This document shows positions 1 to 12,203 of a DNA stretch of 64,000 bases, piece after piece. The position numbers and the translations under genes are program-made. A model generated the notes under the pieces. It did not search any database, was not told the DNA's origin, and saw only the letters and a list, made by a program, of their open reading frames with translations. The stretch spans positions 3,447 to 67,446 of the forward strand of contig CAXBOY010000005.1 of the NCBI GenBank assembly GCA_963977405.1, in the 5' to 3' direction. Numbering within the stretch: the first letter of the stretch is position 1; the number at the start of each line of letters is the position of its first letter. This stretch comes from an uncultured Gammaproteobacteria bacterium (GTDB lineage Bacteria; Pseudomonadota; Gammaproteobacteria; Pseudomonadales; Pseudohongiellaceae).

Positions 1-1
1 T

Positions 2-322
2 AAGGGCTTCAAGGTCGCACTCGTTACCGACGGACGGATGTCGGGAGCCTCTGGCAAGGTGCCAGCTGCGATTCATATGAGCCCAGAGGCTCTGGATGGA
101 GGTCCGCTGTCGCGTATTAGGGATGGTGATGTTATCGCTTTGGACGCCGATGCCGGGACTCTCGAGGTGCAGCTGAGCGCGGCAGAGCTTGCCTCTCGTG
201 AGACCGCTCAAGCGAACTGGAGCTTAGAGGATCGCGAACTTAGTAGCACTCTAGGCAGGGGGCTGTTCGACAGCTTCCGACAATGCAGCAGCACCGCGAA
301 GTCGGGTGCCTCGGTATTTTAA
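2..322 (+). CDS. edd: phosphogluconate dehydratase (Edd), C-terminal fragment; 5' end outside window
   Basis: Frame is open from the window edge. Translation KGFKVALVTDGRMSGASGKVPAAIHMSPEALDGGPLSRIRDGDVI is the conserved C-terminal region of IlvD/Edd dehydratases. It is followed directly by eda and glk. Confidence 0.85.
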   Translation, partial: KGFKVALVTDGRMSGASGKVPAAIHMSPEALDGGPLSRIRDGDVIALDADAGTLEVQLSAAELASRETAQANWSLEDRELSSTLGRGLFDSFRQCSSTAKSGASVF

Positions 323-369
323 TTTTCGTCCGTATTAAGACTATTTGAGAATCCTATGGAGACGAGGCG

Positions 370-993
370 ATGAGCCCGATTAAAGAGCAGTTGTTGAAGG
401 TGAGGGTGATGCCAGTGCTGACCGTCCACTCGGAGGCTCAAGCGCTAGCGGTATGTGACGCCTTAGCCGCAGGAGGCATACTCGCAGTGGAGATTACGCT
501 GCGCACGTCGGCGGCCCTAGCCGCTATTCGTGCCGTCAAGGCTGCGCGGCCGGACTTCTGCGTGGCGGCCGGCACTGTTCGAACGCCAGAGGATATGGAG
601 ACTGTCGCGGCGGCAGGTGTCGATTTCGCAGTCAGCCCAGGTTGGAGTCCAAGCTTATCGGCCGCAGCCAACGCGCTCGGGCTACCATTCCTACCTGGCG
701 TGAGTACGGCCTCGGAGATCATCCAAGGCAGTGAATGTGGGCATCATTGCTTCAAGCTTTACCCAGCAGAGGCAGTAGGGGGGATCCCTCTACTCAAGGC
801 GCTTGCCGGGCCCTTTGCGGACGTTGAGTTCTGTCCGACTGGGGGAATAGGCGCGCATAATTATCGCGACTATTTGGCCCTGCCCAATGTATTGTGTATA
901 GGCGGCTCTTGGATGGTGGACACGAAGCTAATCGAGGCACAGCAGTGGGACGAGATCGAGAGTCTATCCCGAGAATGTATGGCATTGGGTTAG
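370..993 (+). CDS. eda: 2-keto-3-deoxy-6-phosphogluconate (KDPG) aldolase
   Basis: 207 aa with full-length resemblance to E. coli Eda, including EITLRT, FKLYPAEAVGG, FCPTGGI and YLALPNVLCIGGSWMV. GGAG-type RBS upstream. Confidence 0.93.
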   Translation: MSPIKEQLLKVRVMPVLTVHSEAQALAVCDALAAGGILAVEITLRTSAALAAIRAVKAARPDFCVAAGTVRTPEDMETVAAAGVDFAVSPGWSPSLSAAANALGLPFLPGVSTASEIIQGSECGHHCFKLYPAEAVGGIPLLKALAGPFADVEFCPTGGIGAHNYRDYLALPNVLCIGGSWMVDTKLIEAQQWDEIESLSRECMALG

Positions 994-1032
994 TAGAGCA
1001 AGGGCGCGGTGCGCAATAAGAGATCGAGGTGA

Positions 1033-2025
1033 ATGTTGAGTGCGCAGGATTTGTTAAATCAGGGCTGCTATGTATTGGCGGATATTGGCGGCACTAATGC
1101 ACGCTTTGCCTATGTGACTGAGAGCGATGCCTCATTACAGTGCGTGCACAGCTATGCGTGCTCCGAATACGAGCGTTTCGAAGACACCCTAATTGCCTAT
1201 ATTGCGCGGCTTGAACAAACCGCTGCACCAAAACCTAGTAGTATTTGCCTAGCTGTGGCCGCAGCGGTGCACACCGACACCATTAAGATGACGAATTCCC
1301 CTTGGCAATTCAGCCGCAAGGCACTAAGTGAGCTAGTCAATCTACCTATTGCGGTCCTCAACGATTTCAGTGCTCAGGCTTATTGCCTTACCGACTTGGA
1401 ACATGCGAATGTGCAGTGGTGGCAGCAAGCGCTGCCAAGTCACACTCTGGCTAAGCCTGCCCTACATGCCCGCAGTATTTTAGGGCCGGGCACCGGCTTC
1501 GGCGGTTCCACAATCCTCCCCAGTGGGGAAATCCTAGAGTCTGAGCCTGGTCATCTCTCCTTCGCACCCGTAAATTCCCACGAAGCGGCGCTGTTAACGC
1601 TGCTATGGAAGCGCTTCCCGCGAATATCGATTGAACACCTGCTTTCTGGCCCGGGCCTTGCAAATCTGTATTGGGCGAATGCGCAGCTACTGCATCTGGA
1701 TGGCGAGCTGCTTGCCGCGGATATAGTGGCCGGTGCGGAGCGGGGCGATGAATTGTGTCTCCAGAGCATCGCTGATTTCACTGGTATCATGGGCTCCGTT
1801 TGTGGGGATATTGCCTTAGTGACTGGCAGCTTATCTGGCTTGTTCCTGTCTGGAGCGATGCTGACAAAGATGGACCGACTTTTTGATCAAAGGCTCTTTA
1901 TGACGCGATTTACAGACAAGGGGCCTTTTTCCTCCTGGTGTAGCAGTGTGCCGGTAGGTCGTATCCGCGCAGATTATCCCGGTCTTTTAGGCTGCGCCGC
2001 CTTTTGTAGGTCCTTTCATGACTAG
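1033..2025 (+). CDS. glk: glucokinase
   Basis: 330 aa with the N-terminal LADIGGTNARFA ATP-binding motif and the size typical of bacterial Glk. Lies in Entner-Doudoroff context. Confidence 0.88.
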   Translation: MLSAQDLLNQGCYVLADIGGTNARFAYVTESDASLQCVHSYACSEYERFEDTLIAYIARLEQTAAPKPSSICLAVAAAVHTDTIKMTNSPWQFSRKALSELVNLPIAVLNDFSAQAYCLTDLEHANVQWWQQALPSHTLAKPALHARSILGPGTGFGGSTILPSGEILESEPGHLSFAPVNSHEAALLTLLWKRFPRISIEHLLSGPGLANLYWANAQLLHLDGELLAADIVAGAERGDELCLQSIADFTGIMGSVCGDIALVTGSLSGLFLSGAMLTKMDRLFDQRLFMTRFTDKGPFSSWCSSVPVGRIRADYPGLLGCAAFCRSFHD

Positions 2026-4237
2026 CCTTCCCGAGTACTCGATCTTCCTCCAAGCATGCGAAGCGCTCACCGCTGCGCAACGCGCGCAAGTCGAGGAATT
2101 ACTGCGGCTACACTCAGTTGCCAGCGAGTACATCGAATATTCGGGGCATATCGCGCAGATTCCGTTTAGTGACCGTTTCGATATCCTTTTGTTCAAGGGC
2201 TTGGACCTAATCACAGATAAGTTCGTCGATCCTAGGAAGTTGGACGCCACGCTAACTATGGCGCGCGAAAATCAATGGCAGGCCACTCTTTCCCCAGCCA
2301 ATATTCTCAGCCCAGGCGGGCGCGAAACCGTGTGTCTACGTCTTCCCAACACCGCTCTAGACTGCGCTTGGCAGTGGGAAGTGCAATGCGAAGATGGCAG
2401 CAGCTTTACGCAGGAGTTTATCCCGCAGCACTTGCCGTGCTCTGGCGAAGGGGGGCTAGAGGGTATTGCGCAAAGTGCGCGCGAACTGGCATTAGCGCCT
2501 TTCCTCAATGGTGTGCTGCCCATCGGCTATCACCGCTTACTATTGCGCTGTCTAGATGAGGCAGTGTGTACGTCGCATCGATTAGAAGGGCTAGAGGCGG
2601 ATTTAATAGTCGCGCCGGCTAGGGCTTTTGAGCCGGATTGGGCGCTGTCGGGACAACGGCTATGGGGTTTCTCAGTGCAGCTTTACAGCCTGCGCTCGCA
2701 GCGCAACTGGGGCATTGGCGACTTCACGGATCTATCCGCACTTATCGACTGTGCGAGCAACAAAAAGGCGAGTTTCATCGTATTGAACCCTTTGCATATA
2801 TTGGATGCCAATGCCCCACAGCACTGCAGCCCCTATAGTCCCAACGATCGGCGGCGCCTCAATACCCTCTACATCGATGCGGAGCGCGAGGTGGAGTTCC
2901 TAGCCTCCCCGCAACTCCGCGATATGGTCGCCGACCCCAAGTGGCACGACCGCCTTGCACAGCTGCGCAGCGGCGATAGCATCGACTATGTGGCTGTGGC
3001 CGAGTGTAAGCGTGAAATTTTCGTGCAAATGTTTCGCTATTTCGTCGCTGAGCATCTTGATAAGAATACTGCTCGTGCGCGCATGTTTAGTGCCTTTGTA
3101 GAGGCGCAGGGACTTCGCTTGAAGGAGTTTGCTCAGTATGAGGCAGAGCGCCTACGCAGTATCGATGGTCTAGAGACTGAGGCCGACCCGCGCTTCGCGA
3201 TGTATCTACAGTGGCTAGCGGAGTCGCAGTTCGAGGCCTGTCAGCAACTGGCGAAGCATAAAGGCATGCGTATCGGACTGGTGCGGGACTTGGCAGTAGG
3301 CGGAGATGGCGGCGGGGCAGAGGTAAATCTGAATAAAAATTTGTACTGCGAGCTTGCTAGTATCGGCGCGCCACCGGATCCGCTGGCCCCGCAAGGTCAG
3401 AACTGGGGATTGCCCCCGGTGGACCCTAATGCCTTGCGTGCTAGTGGCTACCGTCATTTTATCGAGTTATTGCGTAGCAACATGGCCCATTGTGGCGCTC
3501 TACGCATCGACCATGTAATGGCTTTGATGCGACTTTGGTGGTGTCCACGCTATCCCGGTCGCGGCGTCGGGGCCTATGTGCATTACAACGTCGATGAACT
3601 ATTTGCTATCCTGCGTCTCGAGAGTTTACGTAGTCGATGTGTCGTGATCGGCGAGGATTTGGGCGTGGTTCCGCCGGAAGTGAGAACTTATATCAATTCC
3701 TCAGCTATATTCTCTAACTCATTATTTTATTTCGAAAAATATGACGGTTATCATTTCAAAAAACCGGAGCATTACAATCCGAAATCTCTAGCGATGGTTG
3801 CTAATCATGATGTGCCCACTTTAGCCGCTTGGTGGAATGGTGCCGATCTGAGATTGCGATATGAGTTGGAGCTGATCAAGACTGAGGACGAGCTAGATCA
3901 GCAATTGCACGCCCGCCGTGAGGAGAAGTATCAGGTGCTGCACTGGCTTGGTGAGCAGTGGTTACTGCCCTCGCAATGGCAAGGCGACAGCGAAAGCAAA
4001 GTATTCGATCGCATTTTGTGTGCTGCGATTTTTCGCTGTTGCGCGCGTAGCACAGCACAGATGGTGTCGGTGCAACTTGAGGACCTTGCACTATTAGAGA
4101 CACCCATCAATATCCCAGGCACTAGTAGTGAATACCCCAACTGGCGCCGTCGCTTACCCGCCGATGTTTCGGCACTAATTGATTCAGAGTTCGGGAGCAA
4201 ATTGCTCTACGGATTTAGCGAAGAAAGGAATCTGTAA
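2018..4237 (+). CDS. malQ: 4-alpha-glucanotransferase (amylomaltase, GH77, long form)
   Basis: 739 aa with motifs [27 protein letters not shown] and ANHDVPT. The ATG at 2018 overlaps the glk stop by 8 nt. Confidence 0.9.
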   Translation: MTSLPEYSIFLQACEALTAAQRAQVEELLRLHSVASEYIEYSGHIAQIPFSDRFDILLFKGLDLITDKFVDPRKLDATLTMARENQWQATLSPANILSPGGRETVCLRLPNTALDCAWQWEVQCEDGSSFTQEFIPQHLPCSGEGGLEGIAQSARELALAPFLNGVLPIGYHRLLLRCLDEAVCTSHRLEGLEADLIVAPARAFEPDWALSGQRLWGFSVQLYSLRSQRNWGIGDFTDLSALIDCASNKKASFIVLNPLHILDANAPQHCSPYSPNDRRRLNTLYIDAEREVEFLASPQLRDMVADPKWHDRLAQLRSGDSIDYVAVAECKREIFVQMFRYFVAEHLDKNTARARMFSAFVEAQGLRLKEFAQYEAERLRSIDGLETEADPRFAMYLQWLAESQFEACQQLAKHKGMRIGLVRDLAVGGDGGGAEVNLNKNLYCELASIGAPPDPLAPQGQNWGLPPVDPNALRASGYRHFIELLRSNMAHCGALRIDHVMALMRLWWCPRYPGRGVGAYVHYNVDELFAILRLESLRSRCVVIGEDLGVVPPEVRTYINSSAIFSNSLFYFEKYDGYHFKKPEHYNPKSLAMVANHDVPTLAAWWNGADLRLRYELELIKTEDELDQQLHARREEKYQVLHWLGEQWLLPSQWQGDSESKVFDRILCAAIFRCCARSTAQMVSVQLEDLALLETPINIPGTSSEYPNWRRRLPADVSALIDSEFGSKLLYGFSEERNL

Positions 4238-6231
4238 TGAGCAGCAAACCCCGCACGCCTGCGAAAAAGACAGCGGCGAAGCGTAGCAAGAACGAAAAAC
4301 TTAGCAGCACGCCGCAGGCGGCAGCTGAGCCCCTATTACTCGATGTTGAGGATCTCTATCTTTTCAATCGAGGAGAGCAGGAGCGAGCCTATCGTTTCCT
4401 CGGCGCGAAGCATTTTGAGCTCGATGGCGTTGCCGGTGTACTTTTCGCACTCTGGGCGCCTTCTGCGCGCAGTGTCGCGGTAGTAGGGGATTTCAATGCT
4501 TGGAATCCAGATCGCCATCCCATGCGAGTGCATGCCGGGTTCGGCGTGTGGGAGTGTTTTATCCCCGGAGCAAGCGCTGGGCAGTGCTATAAATATCAGT
4601 TAATCAGCGCTCAGGGGGAAGTATTGCCCTGGAAGGCAGACCCCTATGCCCAGGCCACTCAACTGCGCCCAGAGAACGCCTCTATAGTGCCCGAACAATC
4701 TCATTATGAGTGGGGCGATGCCGAGTGGGTAGAGCGACGCAGTAAAAGCGAGCTACACCAATCCCAGATGATGATCTACGAGGTGCATGCCGGGTCATGG
4801 CGGCGGCACTGGCATGATGATGGTTTCCTTAGCTATCACGAGTTGGCCGAGCAATTGGTCGCCTATGTGAAGGATATGGGTTTCACCCATATACAGTTCA
4901 TGCCGATGAGCGAGTTCCCCTTCGATGGCTCCTGGGGCTATCAACCGGTCGGTTTGTACTCGCCGACGCGCCGTTTTGGTACGCCAGACGATTTTCGTTA
5001 CCTCATCGATCAGGCTCACCAACAAGGGCTTGGCGTGTTATTGGACTGGGTGCCTGCGCACTTTCCCTCGGATGAACATGGTTTGGCCAACTTCGATGGT
5101 ACATGCCTTTACGAACACGCCGATCCGAGGCAGGGCTTTCATCCGGACTGGAATACCTTGATCTTTAATTATGGGCGAGCGGAGGTAATCAGTTATCTAC
5201 TCAGTAACGCGTTCTATTGGCTAGACGAGTTCCATGTCGATGGACTGCGCTTCGATGCCGTCGCCTCGATGCTGTATCTGAATTACAGTCGCGAGGAGGG
5301 CGAATGGCTGCCGAATCAATACGGAGGCATCGAAAACCTAGAGGCGATCAACCTGCTTAAGCAGATCAACGAGCGGGTCTACCGATATTTCCCTGGCGTA
5401 GCCATGATCGCGGAGGAATCCACTGCTTGGCCTGGCGTAACCGATTTCACCTCACGTGGTGGACTAGGCTTCGGCTTCAAGTGGAATCTGGGTTGGATGA
5501 ACGACACTCTTCGTTATATGGCACGCGACCCTATCCATCGTCAGTATCATCACTCGGATTTAAGCTTCGGTCTGCTCTACGCATTCTCCGAAAATTTTAT
5601 CTTGCCACTGAGTCACGACGAGGTAGTGCACGGCAAACGATCGTTGATCGAGAAGATGCCCGGCGACGACTGGCAGAAATTCGCTAACCTACGCGCGTAT
5701 TTCGGCTTCATGTGGAGTCATCCGGGTAAGAAGTTGCTCTTTATGGGGGGTGAGTTCGCGCAACGTAGCGAATGGAATCACGACCGTGCCCTCGATTGGT
5801 CCTTACTAGACCATGGGTCCCATCTAGGTGTGCAGCGCTTAGTGCGTGATCTCAATAGATTGTGTGCCGCCGAGCCCGCGTTGCACCAAGGCGATAGCGA
5901 AGCAGATTGCTTTGAGTGGATCGACGCCGATGCGCGCGCAGAATCGATATTCGTCTTCCTACGTAAGGCATTGGATACAGCGGCGAACTCGGTAGTGACG
6001 GTGGTGAATTTTACGCCGACCGCACATAGGCATTACCGTATTGGTGTGCCCGGACCGGGTTTGTATCGAGAATTACTCAATAGTGATTCTGCCATATACG
6101 GCGGCAGTGACACTGGCAATTATGGTGCCGTTAAGGCCGAACAAATGGCGTGGCATGGTCGTCCTTGGTCCATCGTTATTACGGTGCCACCTTTGGCCAC
6201 CATCATGTTTTCACAAACGGGGAATTTATGA
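4237..6231 (+). CDS. glgB: 1,4-alpha-glucan branching enzyme
   Basis: 664 aa with GH13 branching-enzyme motifs [29 protein letters not shown] and [10 protein letters not shown]. The start shares one base with the malQ stop (TAATG). The N-terminus is Lys/Ala-rich. Confidence 0.94.
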   Translation: MSSKPRTPAKKTAAKRSKNEKLSSTPQAAAEPLLLDVEDLYLFNRGEQERAYRFLGAKHFELDGVAGVLFALWAPSARSVAVVGDFNAWNPDRHPMRVHAGFGVWECFIPGASAGQCYKYQLISAQGEVLPWKADPYAQATQLRPENASIVPEQSHYEWGDAEWVERRSKSELHQSQMMIYEVHAGSWRRHWHDDGFLSYHELAEQLVAYVKDMGFTHIQFMPMSEFPFDGSWGYQPVGLYSPTRRFGTPDDFRYLIDQAHQQGLGVLLDWVPAHFPSDEHGLANFDGTCLYEHADPRQGFHPDWNTLIFNYGRAEVISYLLSNAFYWLDEFHVDGLRFDAVASMLYLNYSREEGEWLPNQYGGIENLEAINLLKQINERVYRYFPGVAMIAEESTAWPGVTDFTSRGGLGFGFKWNLGWMNDTLRYMARDPIHRQYHHSDLSFGLLYAFSENFILPLSHDEVVHGKRSLIEKMPGDDWQKFANLRAYFGFMWSHPGKKLLFMGGEFAQRSEWNHDRALDWSLLDHGSHLGVQRLVRDLNRLCAAEPALHQGDSEADCFEWIDADARAESIFVFLRKALDTAANSVVTVVNFTPTAHRHYRIGVPGPGLYRELLNSDSAIYGGSDTGNYGAVKAEQMAWHGRPWSIVITVPPLATIMFSQTGNL

Positions 6232-8384
6232 AGCAAGCAGTATCCCTAGTACCGGGCAACGCATATCCACTAGGGGCAACTTGGGATGGTGAGGGCGTAA
6301 ATTTTGCGTTGTTCTCTGCCAATGCAGAGCGCGTCGAGTTGTGTCTATTCACGCCCGATGGTTCGCGCGAAATTCAGCGGCTCGAGATGCCGCGTCTGAC
6401 TAATCAAGTCTGGCATGGTTATCTTCCCAAGGCAGGGCCAGGCACCGTATACGCTTATCGGGTGCATGGGCCTTGGCAGATTCACATGGGGCATCGTTTC
6501 AACGCTAATAAAATTTCACTTGACCCTTATTGCAGGCAGCTCGTAGGGAAATTCCAGTGGTCCGATGCGCACTACGGTTTCGACATCAATCATGTCGACA
6601 AGGACTTGAAGTTCGATAAACGCGACAATAAAGCCTTCATGCCTAAATGCGTGGTGGTTGAAGATATCTCCGGCAACACTCGAACAAGTCATCGAATTCC
6701 TTTGTCCAAGACGGTCCTCTACGAGACTCACGTGCGGGGCTTTACTATATCGCACCCGGGCATTCCGCCGGAACAGCGTGGCTGCTTCGCAGGCATGGCC
6801 AATGATCAAGTGATCGCCTATCTGAAAGCAATGGGCATCACCTCGGTAGAGTTAATGCCCGTTCAGAGTTTCATCAGCGAGCATTTCTTGAACGAGAAGG
6901 GTCTGGTGAATTATTGGGGTTATAACAGTCTGTGTTTTTTCGCCCCCCATCAAGCCTATATGAGTAGCAACTCGATTCTCGAGGTGCGCAAAATGGTGGA
7001 TGCATTCCACGAGGCTGGCATCGAGGTGATACTGGATGTCGTTTTCAACCACACTGCAGAGGGCGGACGGCTTGGCCCAAGTTTCTCTTATCGTGGCATC
7101 GACAACTTGTCCTATTACCGCCTGCAACCCGAAGACAAGCGTTTCTATATTAACGATACGGGCTGCGGCAACACCCTGAATATGATGCATCCGCGCGTCG
7201 TGCAGATGATTATGGACTGCATGCGGTATTGGGCCAGCGCGATGCAGGTGGATGGCTTCCGTTTCGATCTAGCACCTGTCTTGGGAAGGGAGTCCTATGG
7301 CTTCGATCAAGGCAGTGGTTTCTTTGATGCCATGATGCAAGACCCTGTATTAGCTGGCACGAAACTCATAGCGGAGCCTTGGGACATCGGACCCGGTGGG
7401 TATCAACTTGGCCATTTCCCACCAGGGTGGAGCGAGTGGAACGATCGCTACCGCGACACAGTGCGCCGTTTCTGGCGCGGTGACGCAGGCGTTTTGCCTG
7501 AGTTCGCGAGACGCATTCACGGTTCTAGCGATATTTTCGAACACGATGGCCGCAAGCCCTCTGCCAGTATTAATTTCATCACAAGCCACGATGGCTTTAC
7601 CCTGAACGACCTAGTGACCTACCGTGAGCGGCATAATGAAATTAATGGTGAGGATAATCAGGATGGGCATCGAGAGAACTATAGCGATAATTTCGGTATA
7701 GAAGGTCCCGCTAATGACAAGACAATTAGTGTATTGCGTCAGCGTCAGCAGCGCAATTTCCTCGCGACCCTGCTGCTATCCCAGGGCGTCCCAATGCTCT
7801 CAGGGGGCGACGAGAGTTGTCGCACCAAGCATGGTAATAATAATTCTTACTGCCAGGACAATGTCATTAACTGGATCAATTGGGACAAGATCAGCGATGA
7901 GGGACGAACGCAGCAGAGGTTCACTGCCCATCTCATTGCTTTGCGCGCGCGCTTCTCCTACCTTTTCTTCGATCGCTATGTGCATGAAGCGATGCATGAC
8001 AACGATCCACAGATTCTTTGGTATAACAATAGTGGCGAGTTAATGCAGGCCAGCCATTGGCAGGAGCATCACGCTCGCACACTCGGCTGTATGTTAGTGG
8101 GGATCGATCCGCAAACTAATCAGCGCGAGCGGGTATTAATAGTCTTCCATGCCGATCGTGGCGCTCTAGGTTTCCGGCTTCCCATTATAGCGGGTGTAGC
8201 GCAATGGAGGATCCTGCTGGATACCGCGACACAATCTGGGGTACCAGACCCTAATAACTGTAAAGTCGTCAATCGCTTAAATCTATTTTCCTGTTCAACT
8301 GTCGTGCTCTTGGCACGTCAAGGCGATTTCACCAAAGAAGAATCCACTGCAACCGCACAGGCCGAGGAATCAATTCAGTCATGA
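6228..8384 (+). CDS. glgX: glycogen debranching enzyme
   Basis: GH13 motifs [29 protein letters not shown] and [15 protein letters not shown] prefer ATG 6228 ([21 protein letters not shown]), which forms an ATGA overlap with the glgB stop. The listed ORF start at 6150 lies inside glgB. Confidence 0.92.
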   Translation: MKQAVSLVPGNAYPLGATWDGEGVNFALFSANAERVELCLFTPDGSREIQRLEMPRLTNQVWHGYLPKAGPGTVYAYRVHGPWQIHMGHRFNANKISLDPYCRQLVGKFQWSDAHYGFDINHVDKDLKFDKRDNKAFMPKCVVVEDISGNTRTSHRIPLSKTVLYETHVRGFTISHPGIPPEQRGCFAGMANDQVIAYLKAMGITSVELMPVQSFISEHFLNEKGLVNYWGYNSLCFFAPHQAYMSSNSILEVRKMVDAFHEAGIEVILDVVFNHTAEGGRLGPSFSYRGIDNLSYYRLQPEDKRFYINDTGCGNTLNMMHPRVVQMIMDCMRYWASAMQVDGFRFDLAPVLGRESYGFDQGSGFFDAMMQDPVLAGTKLIAEPWDIGPGGYQLGHFPPGWSEWNDRYRDTVRRFWRGDAGVLPEFARRIHGSSDIFEHDGRKPSASINFITSHDGFTLNDLVTYRERHNEINGEDNQDGHRENYSDNFGIEGPANDKTISVLRQRQQRNFLATLLLSQGVPMLSGGDESCRTKHGNNNSYCQDNVINWINWDKISDEGRTQQRFTAHLIALRARFSYLFFDRYVHEAMHDNDPQILWYNNSGELMQASHWQEHHARTLGCMLVGIDPQTNQRERVLIVFHADRGALGFRLPIIAGVAQWRILLDTATQSGVPDPNNCKVVNRLNLFSCSTVVLLARQGDFTKEESTATAQAEESIQS

Positions 8385-10900
8385 GTAGTACATCTGAAAT
8401 CTCTAGTACGAACCCCAAGAAAGCGCCCCGTAAGAAGAAGGGACCTATCGGAGTAGGTAAATATGCCTGGCTTGGCATGGACAACAAGACGGTGGCGGAG
8501 GACTTGGATCGACATTTCCATTTAACTCTAGGACGAGACCAAACCAGCAACGCTCACCATTATCTTTTTAATGCTGCGGCCCTGACCGTACGCGATCGCC
8601 TAGTCGAACGCTGGAGGGCCACGCGTACGCGTTATCAGGAGGAAAGACCAAAGCGAGTCGCCTATATCTCTCTTGAGTTTCTGATGGGGCGTACGTTGAC
8701 CAATGCGTCTTTAAATTTGGATATGGAACAGACTCTGCGCGAGGCACTGTATCGCTATGGCGTATCCCTCGAGGAACTTTCTGCAGAGGAGCGCGATGCT
8801 GGCTTAGGTAATGGTGGTCTAGGCCGGCTTGCTGCCTGTTTTCTCGACAGCTGCGCCACGCTTGGTCTTCCTGTTACTGGCTACGGAATTCGCTATGACT
8901 ACGGTATGTTTCATCAGCGCATCGAGAACGGAGCACAAGTCGAGTGTCCCGATCACTGGCTTGAGTTCGGAAATCCTTGGGAGTTCGAGGCACCACAAGA
9001 CACTCGAAGAGTGAAATTTTATGGGCGCACGCAGATCAGTGGCGACGGCAAGTCACGCGAATGGATCGATACACATGACGTGCTTGCTGTGCCTTACGAT
9101 ATGCCGATTCCAGGCTATCGCAATGATACAGTGAATACATTACGACTTTGGAAATCATCGGCTACAGAAGAGTTCAATCTTCATGAATTTAATGCCGGTG
9201 GTTATGCAGAGGCAGTAGCATCCAAGAACCAAGCCGAACAAATTTCGATGGTGCTTTACCCTAATGATGTGAGTGAGAACGGCAAGGTCCTGCGACTGCG
9301 CCAACAATACTTCCTCTCCTCGGCAAGTTTGCAAGACGTGATCTCGCGATGGGTGAAACGCAGCGGAGTCGAGTTCGATGAGTTCGCTAGTTACAATTGT
9401 TTTCAGCTCAACGACACTCACCCCTCCATCGCAGTGGCCGAACTGATGCGACTGCTGTTGGACGAACAGAATCTGGATTGGGATAGCGCGTGGAATATCT
9501 GTAAAGCCACGATGGCATACACTAACCATACGCTCTTGCCTGAGGCATTAGAGCGCTGGCCAGTGCGTTTGTTTCGCGAGATGCTGCCACGCATCCTCGA
9601 GATTATTTACGAGATCAATGCACGCTTTCTGGCAGAGGTCGCGGCTAAATGGCCGGGGGATGGTACTAAGTTGGCAGAGTTGTCGCTGATCGAAGAGAGT
9701 GCCGACCCTCATGTGCGTATGGCGCATTTAGCGATAGTAGGCAGCTACTCTGTCAATGGTGTTGCTGCGTTGCATACCCAGCTGCTCAAAGAAGGGCTGT
9801 TTCGTACCTTCTATCAACTGTGGCCAGAGAAGTTTAATAACAAGACCAACGGGGTCACTCCGCGGCGCTGGCTTGCATTCTGTAATCCTAAGCTCGCGAC
9901 ATTGATCAGTAAGTCTATCGGTGAGAGCTGGGTCACCGATCTCGATCAGCTAAGACAATTGACGCCTTTTGCAGAGAAAGAGAAGTTTCGCAAGGAGTGG
10001 GCGGCGATCAAAACCGCAAACAAACAGTCGCTGGCCGATCTAGTAAAGCTCAAATGCGACGTCGAGTTCGATACGGACATGCTGTTCGATGTGCAAGTTA
10101 AGCGTATCCACGAATACAAGCGCCAGCTTCTTAACGTGCTGCACGTAGTTCACCTGTACGAGCGAATTTTGCGCGGCGATACTGCAGGGATGACGCCACG
10201 ATGTGTGTTAATCGGAGGGAAGGCGGCACCCGGATATTTCATGGCCAAACTCATCATCAAGCTGATCAATAGTGTTGCGGATGTGATCAATGCAGATGAA
10301 CGCGCCAAACCCTTTCTGCGTGTAGCTTTCTTGCCCAATTATAGGGTGACTGTCATGGAGATCATCTGCGCAGGTGCTGATCTTTCGGAGCAGATTTCCA
10401 CTGCAGGCAAAGAGGCTTCTGGCACCGGCAATATGAAGTTTATGATGAACGGTGCAATTACCATCGGCACACTCGATGGTGCCAATATCGAAATCAGAGA
10501 AGAAGTCGGTGAAGAGAATTTCTTCTTGTTTGGCTTGCAGGCCGATGAGGTTGCGCAGATACGCGGACATTATAATCCGAACGATATTATCGCGAACGAC
10601 AGCGATTTCTCCGCAACCATGCAGCTGTTGGAGTCAGGGCTTTTCAATCCTAGAGAGCCTGGTCTGTTCGTTCCTATCACCGATAGTATTCGAAACCCTG
10701 GGGATCAGTGGCTTACAGCCGCGGATTTCCGCAGTTATGTCGATGCGCAACAAAGAGTCGGTGAGTTGTTTCAAGATAGTAGCGCATGGCAATCGATGAG
10801 TATTTTGAACACCGCCGCAAGCGGACATTTCTCCAGTGATCGTACTATCCGCAGTTATGCGGAGGAGATCTGGGGTCTTTCAGTGAAAGCCCAAAAATAG
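8381..10900 (+). CDS. glgP: glycogen/maltodextrin phosphorylase (GT35)
   Basis: 839 aa with the pyridoxal-phosphate lysine motif [15 protein letters not shown] and full-length phosphorylase architecture. ATGA overlap with the glgX stop. Confidence 0.95.
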   Translation: MSSTSEISSTNPKKAPRKKKGPIGVGKYAWLGMDNKTVAEDLDRHFHLTLGRDQTSNAHHYLFNAAALTVRDRLVERWRATRTRYQEERPKRVAYISLEFLMGRTLTNASLNLDMEQTLREALYRYGVSLEELSAEERDAGLGNGGLGRLAACFLDSCATLGLPVTGYGIRYDYGMFHQRIENGAQVECPDHWLEFGNPWEFEAPQDTRRVKFYGRTQISGDGKSREWIDTHDVLAVPYDMPIPGYRNDTVNTLRLWKSSATEEFNLHEFNAGGYAEAVASKNQAEQISMVLYPNDVSENGKVLRLRQQYFLSSASLQDVISRWVKRSGVEFDEFASYNCFQLNDTHPSIAVAELMRLLLDEQNLDWDSAWNICKATMAYTNHTLLPEALERWPVRLFREMLPRILEIIYEINARFLAEVAAKWPGDGTKLAELSLIEESADPHVRMAHLAIVGSYSVNGVAALHTQLLKEGLFRTFYQLWPEKFNNKTNGVTPRRWLAFCNPKLATLISKSIGESWVTDLDQLRQLTPFAEKEKFRKEWAAIKTANKQSLADLVKLKCDVEFDTDMLFDVQVKRIHEYKRQLLNVLHVVHLYERILRGDTAGMTPRCVLIGGKAAPGYFMAKLIIKLINSVADVINADERAKPFLRVAFLPNYRVTVMEIICAGADLSEQISTAGKEASGTGNMKFMMNGAITIGTLDGANIEIREEVGEENFFLFGLQADEVAQIRGHYNPNDIIANDSDFSATMQLLESGLFNPREPGLFVPITDSIRNPGDQWLTAADFRSYVDAQQRVGELFQDSSAWQSMSILNTAASGHFSSDRTIRSYAEEIWGLSVKAQK

Positions 10901-10925
10901 CAATGTTTTGAGTGAGGAGTCGATT

Positions 10926-12191
10926 ATGGAAAGCGGTCCACGTTATGTTAGTAAGCTAACTCGTAATACCTATGCATTGATACTAGCCGGAGGGCGTGGC
11001 TCCCGACTTCATGAGCTCACTGATTGGCGTGCTAAACCGGCGCTGTTCTTTGGAGGCAAGTTTCGCATCATTGATTTTCCCCTCTCCAATTGCATTAACT
11101 CCGGTGTACGTCGTGTCGGCGTAGTGACGCAGTACAAAGCACACTCGTTAATAAAACATTTAGTACGGGGTTGGGGGCATTTCAAGAAGGAGTTAGGCGA
11201 GGGCGTAGAGATTTTGCCTGCGTCGCAGCGCCATTCCGACAGCTGGTATATGGGTACGGCGGATGCCGTTTTTCAGAACATCGACATTATTCGCGGCGAG
11301 ATTCCCGAATACGTCATGATTCTCTCTGGCGATCATATCTACCGCCAAGACTATGGTGAGATGCTGGCCTTTCATGCCGAACACGATGCGGACATGACCG
11401 TGTCTTGCATGGAGGTGCCATTAGAGGAGGCGGCGGGAAATTTCGGTGTCATGAGCGTAGATCGCGCGCATCGAATACTAGGTTTTAGTGAGAAGCCTGA
11501 ACACCCTGCCCATGTACCGGACAATCCTAAAAACTGTCTTGCGTCGATGGGCAATTACGTTTTTAAGACAGAGTTTCTCTTCGAGCAATTACGTCAAGAC
11601 TCGAAAAACGAAGGCTCGGATCATGACTTCGGCAAGAACATCATTCCGTCGATCATTAAAGATAATAAAGTGTTCGCATATCGTTTTGTGGACCCCGCGA
11701 GTGATCAAGCAGCGTATTGGCGCGACGTGGGCAATCTCGATTCCTATTGGCTCGCGAATATGGAGCTTGCCACGCCAACTCCACCTTTGAATCTGTATGA
11801 TCCCCGTTGGCCAATCTGGACATTTCAGGAACAGTTGCCCCCGGCTAAGTTCGTCTTCGATGACGACGATCGCCGCGGAGCTGCTATGGATTCACTAGTC
11901 TCTAGCGGCTGTATTATTTCGGGGTCAACAGTGCGAAAATCCGTGCTCTTCTCCAATGTGCGAATACACTCATATTCGCAGATCGATGAAGCAGTAGTGC
12001 TGCCGGATGTCGTCATAAAACGACGCTGCAAGCTGCGTAAAGTGATAATCGATCGAGGCTGCACAGTACCCGAGGGCACAGTCATTGGTTATGATCGCGA
12101 AGCGGATATTAAGAAAGGGTATCGCGTGACAGACAAGGGTGTCACGCTCGTAACACGCGCGATGTTAGGCCAGTCGGTCGGCGGAATATAA
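10926..12191 (+). CDS. glgC: glucose-1-phosphate adenylyltransferase
   Basis: [42 protein letters not shown] is the canonical GlgC N-terminus. ATG 10926 is preferred over the in-frame TTG at 10908. Confidence 0.94.
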   Translation: MESGPRYVSKLTRNTYALILAGGRGSRLHELTDWRAKPALFFGGKFRIIDFPLSNCINSGVRRVGVVTQYKAHSLIKHLVRGWGHFKKELGEGVEILPASQRHSDSWYMGTADAVFQNIDIIRGEIPEYVMILSGDHIYRQDYGEMLAFHAEHDADMTVSCMEVPLEEAAGNFGVMSVDRAHRILGFSEKPEHPAHVPDNPKNCLASMGNYVFKTEFLFEQLRQDSKNEGSDHDFGKNIIPSIIKDNKVFAYRFVDPASDQAAYWRDVGNLDSYWLANMELATPTPPLNLYDPRWPIWTFQEQLPPAKFVFDDDDRRGAAMDSLVSSGCIISGSTVRKSVLFSNVRIHSYSQIDEAVVLPDVVIKRRCKLRKVIIDRGCTVPEGTVIGYDREADIKKGYRVTDKGVTLVTRAMLGQSVGGI

Positions 12192-12203
12192 ACAGAGGGA
12201 CGC

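Noticed and set aside
6150-6227. Upstream extension of glgX
   Set aside because: It lies inside glgB. The conserved GlgX N-terminus begins at ATG 6228, which forms an ATGA junction with the glgB stop.
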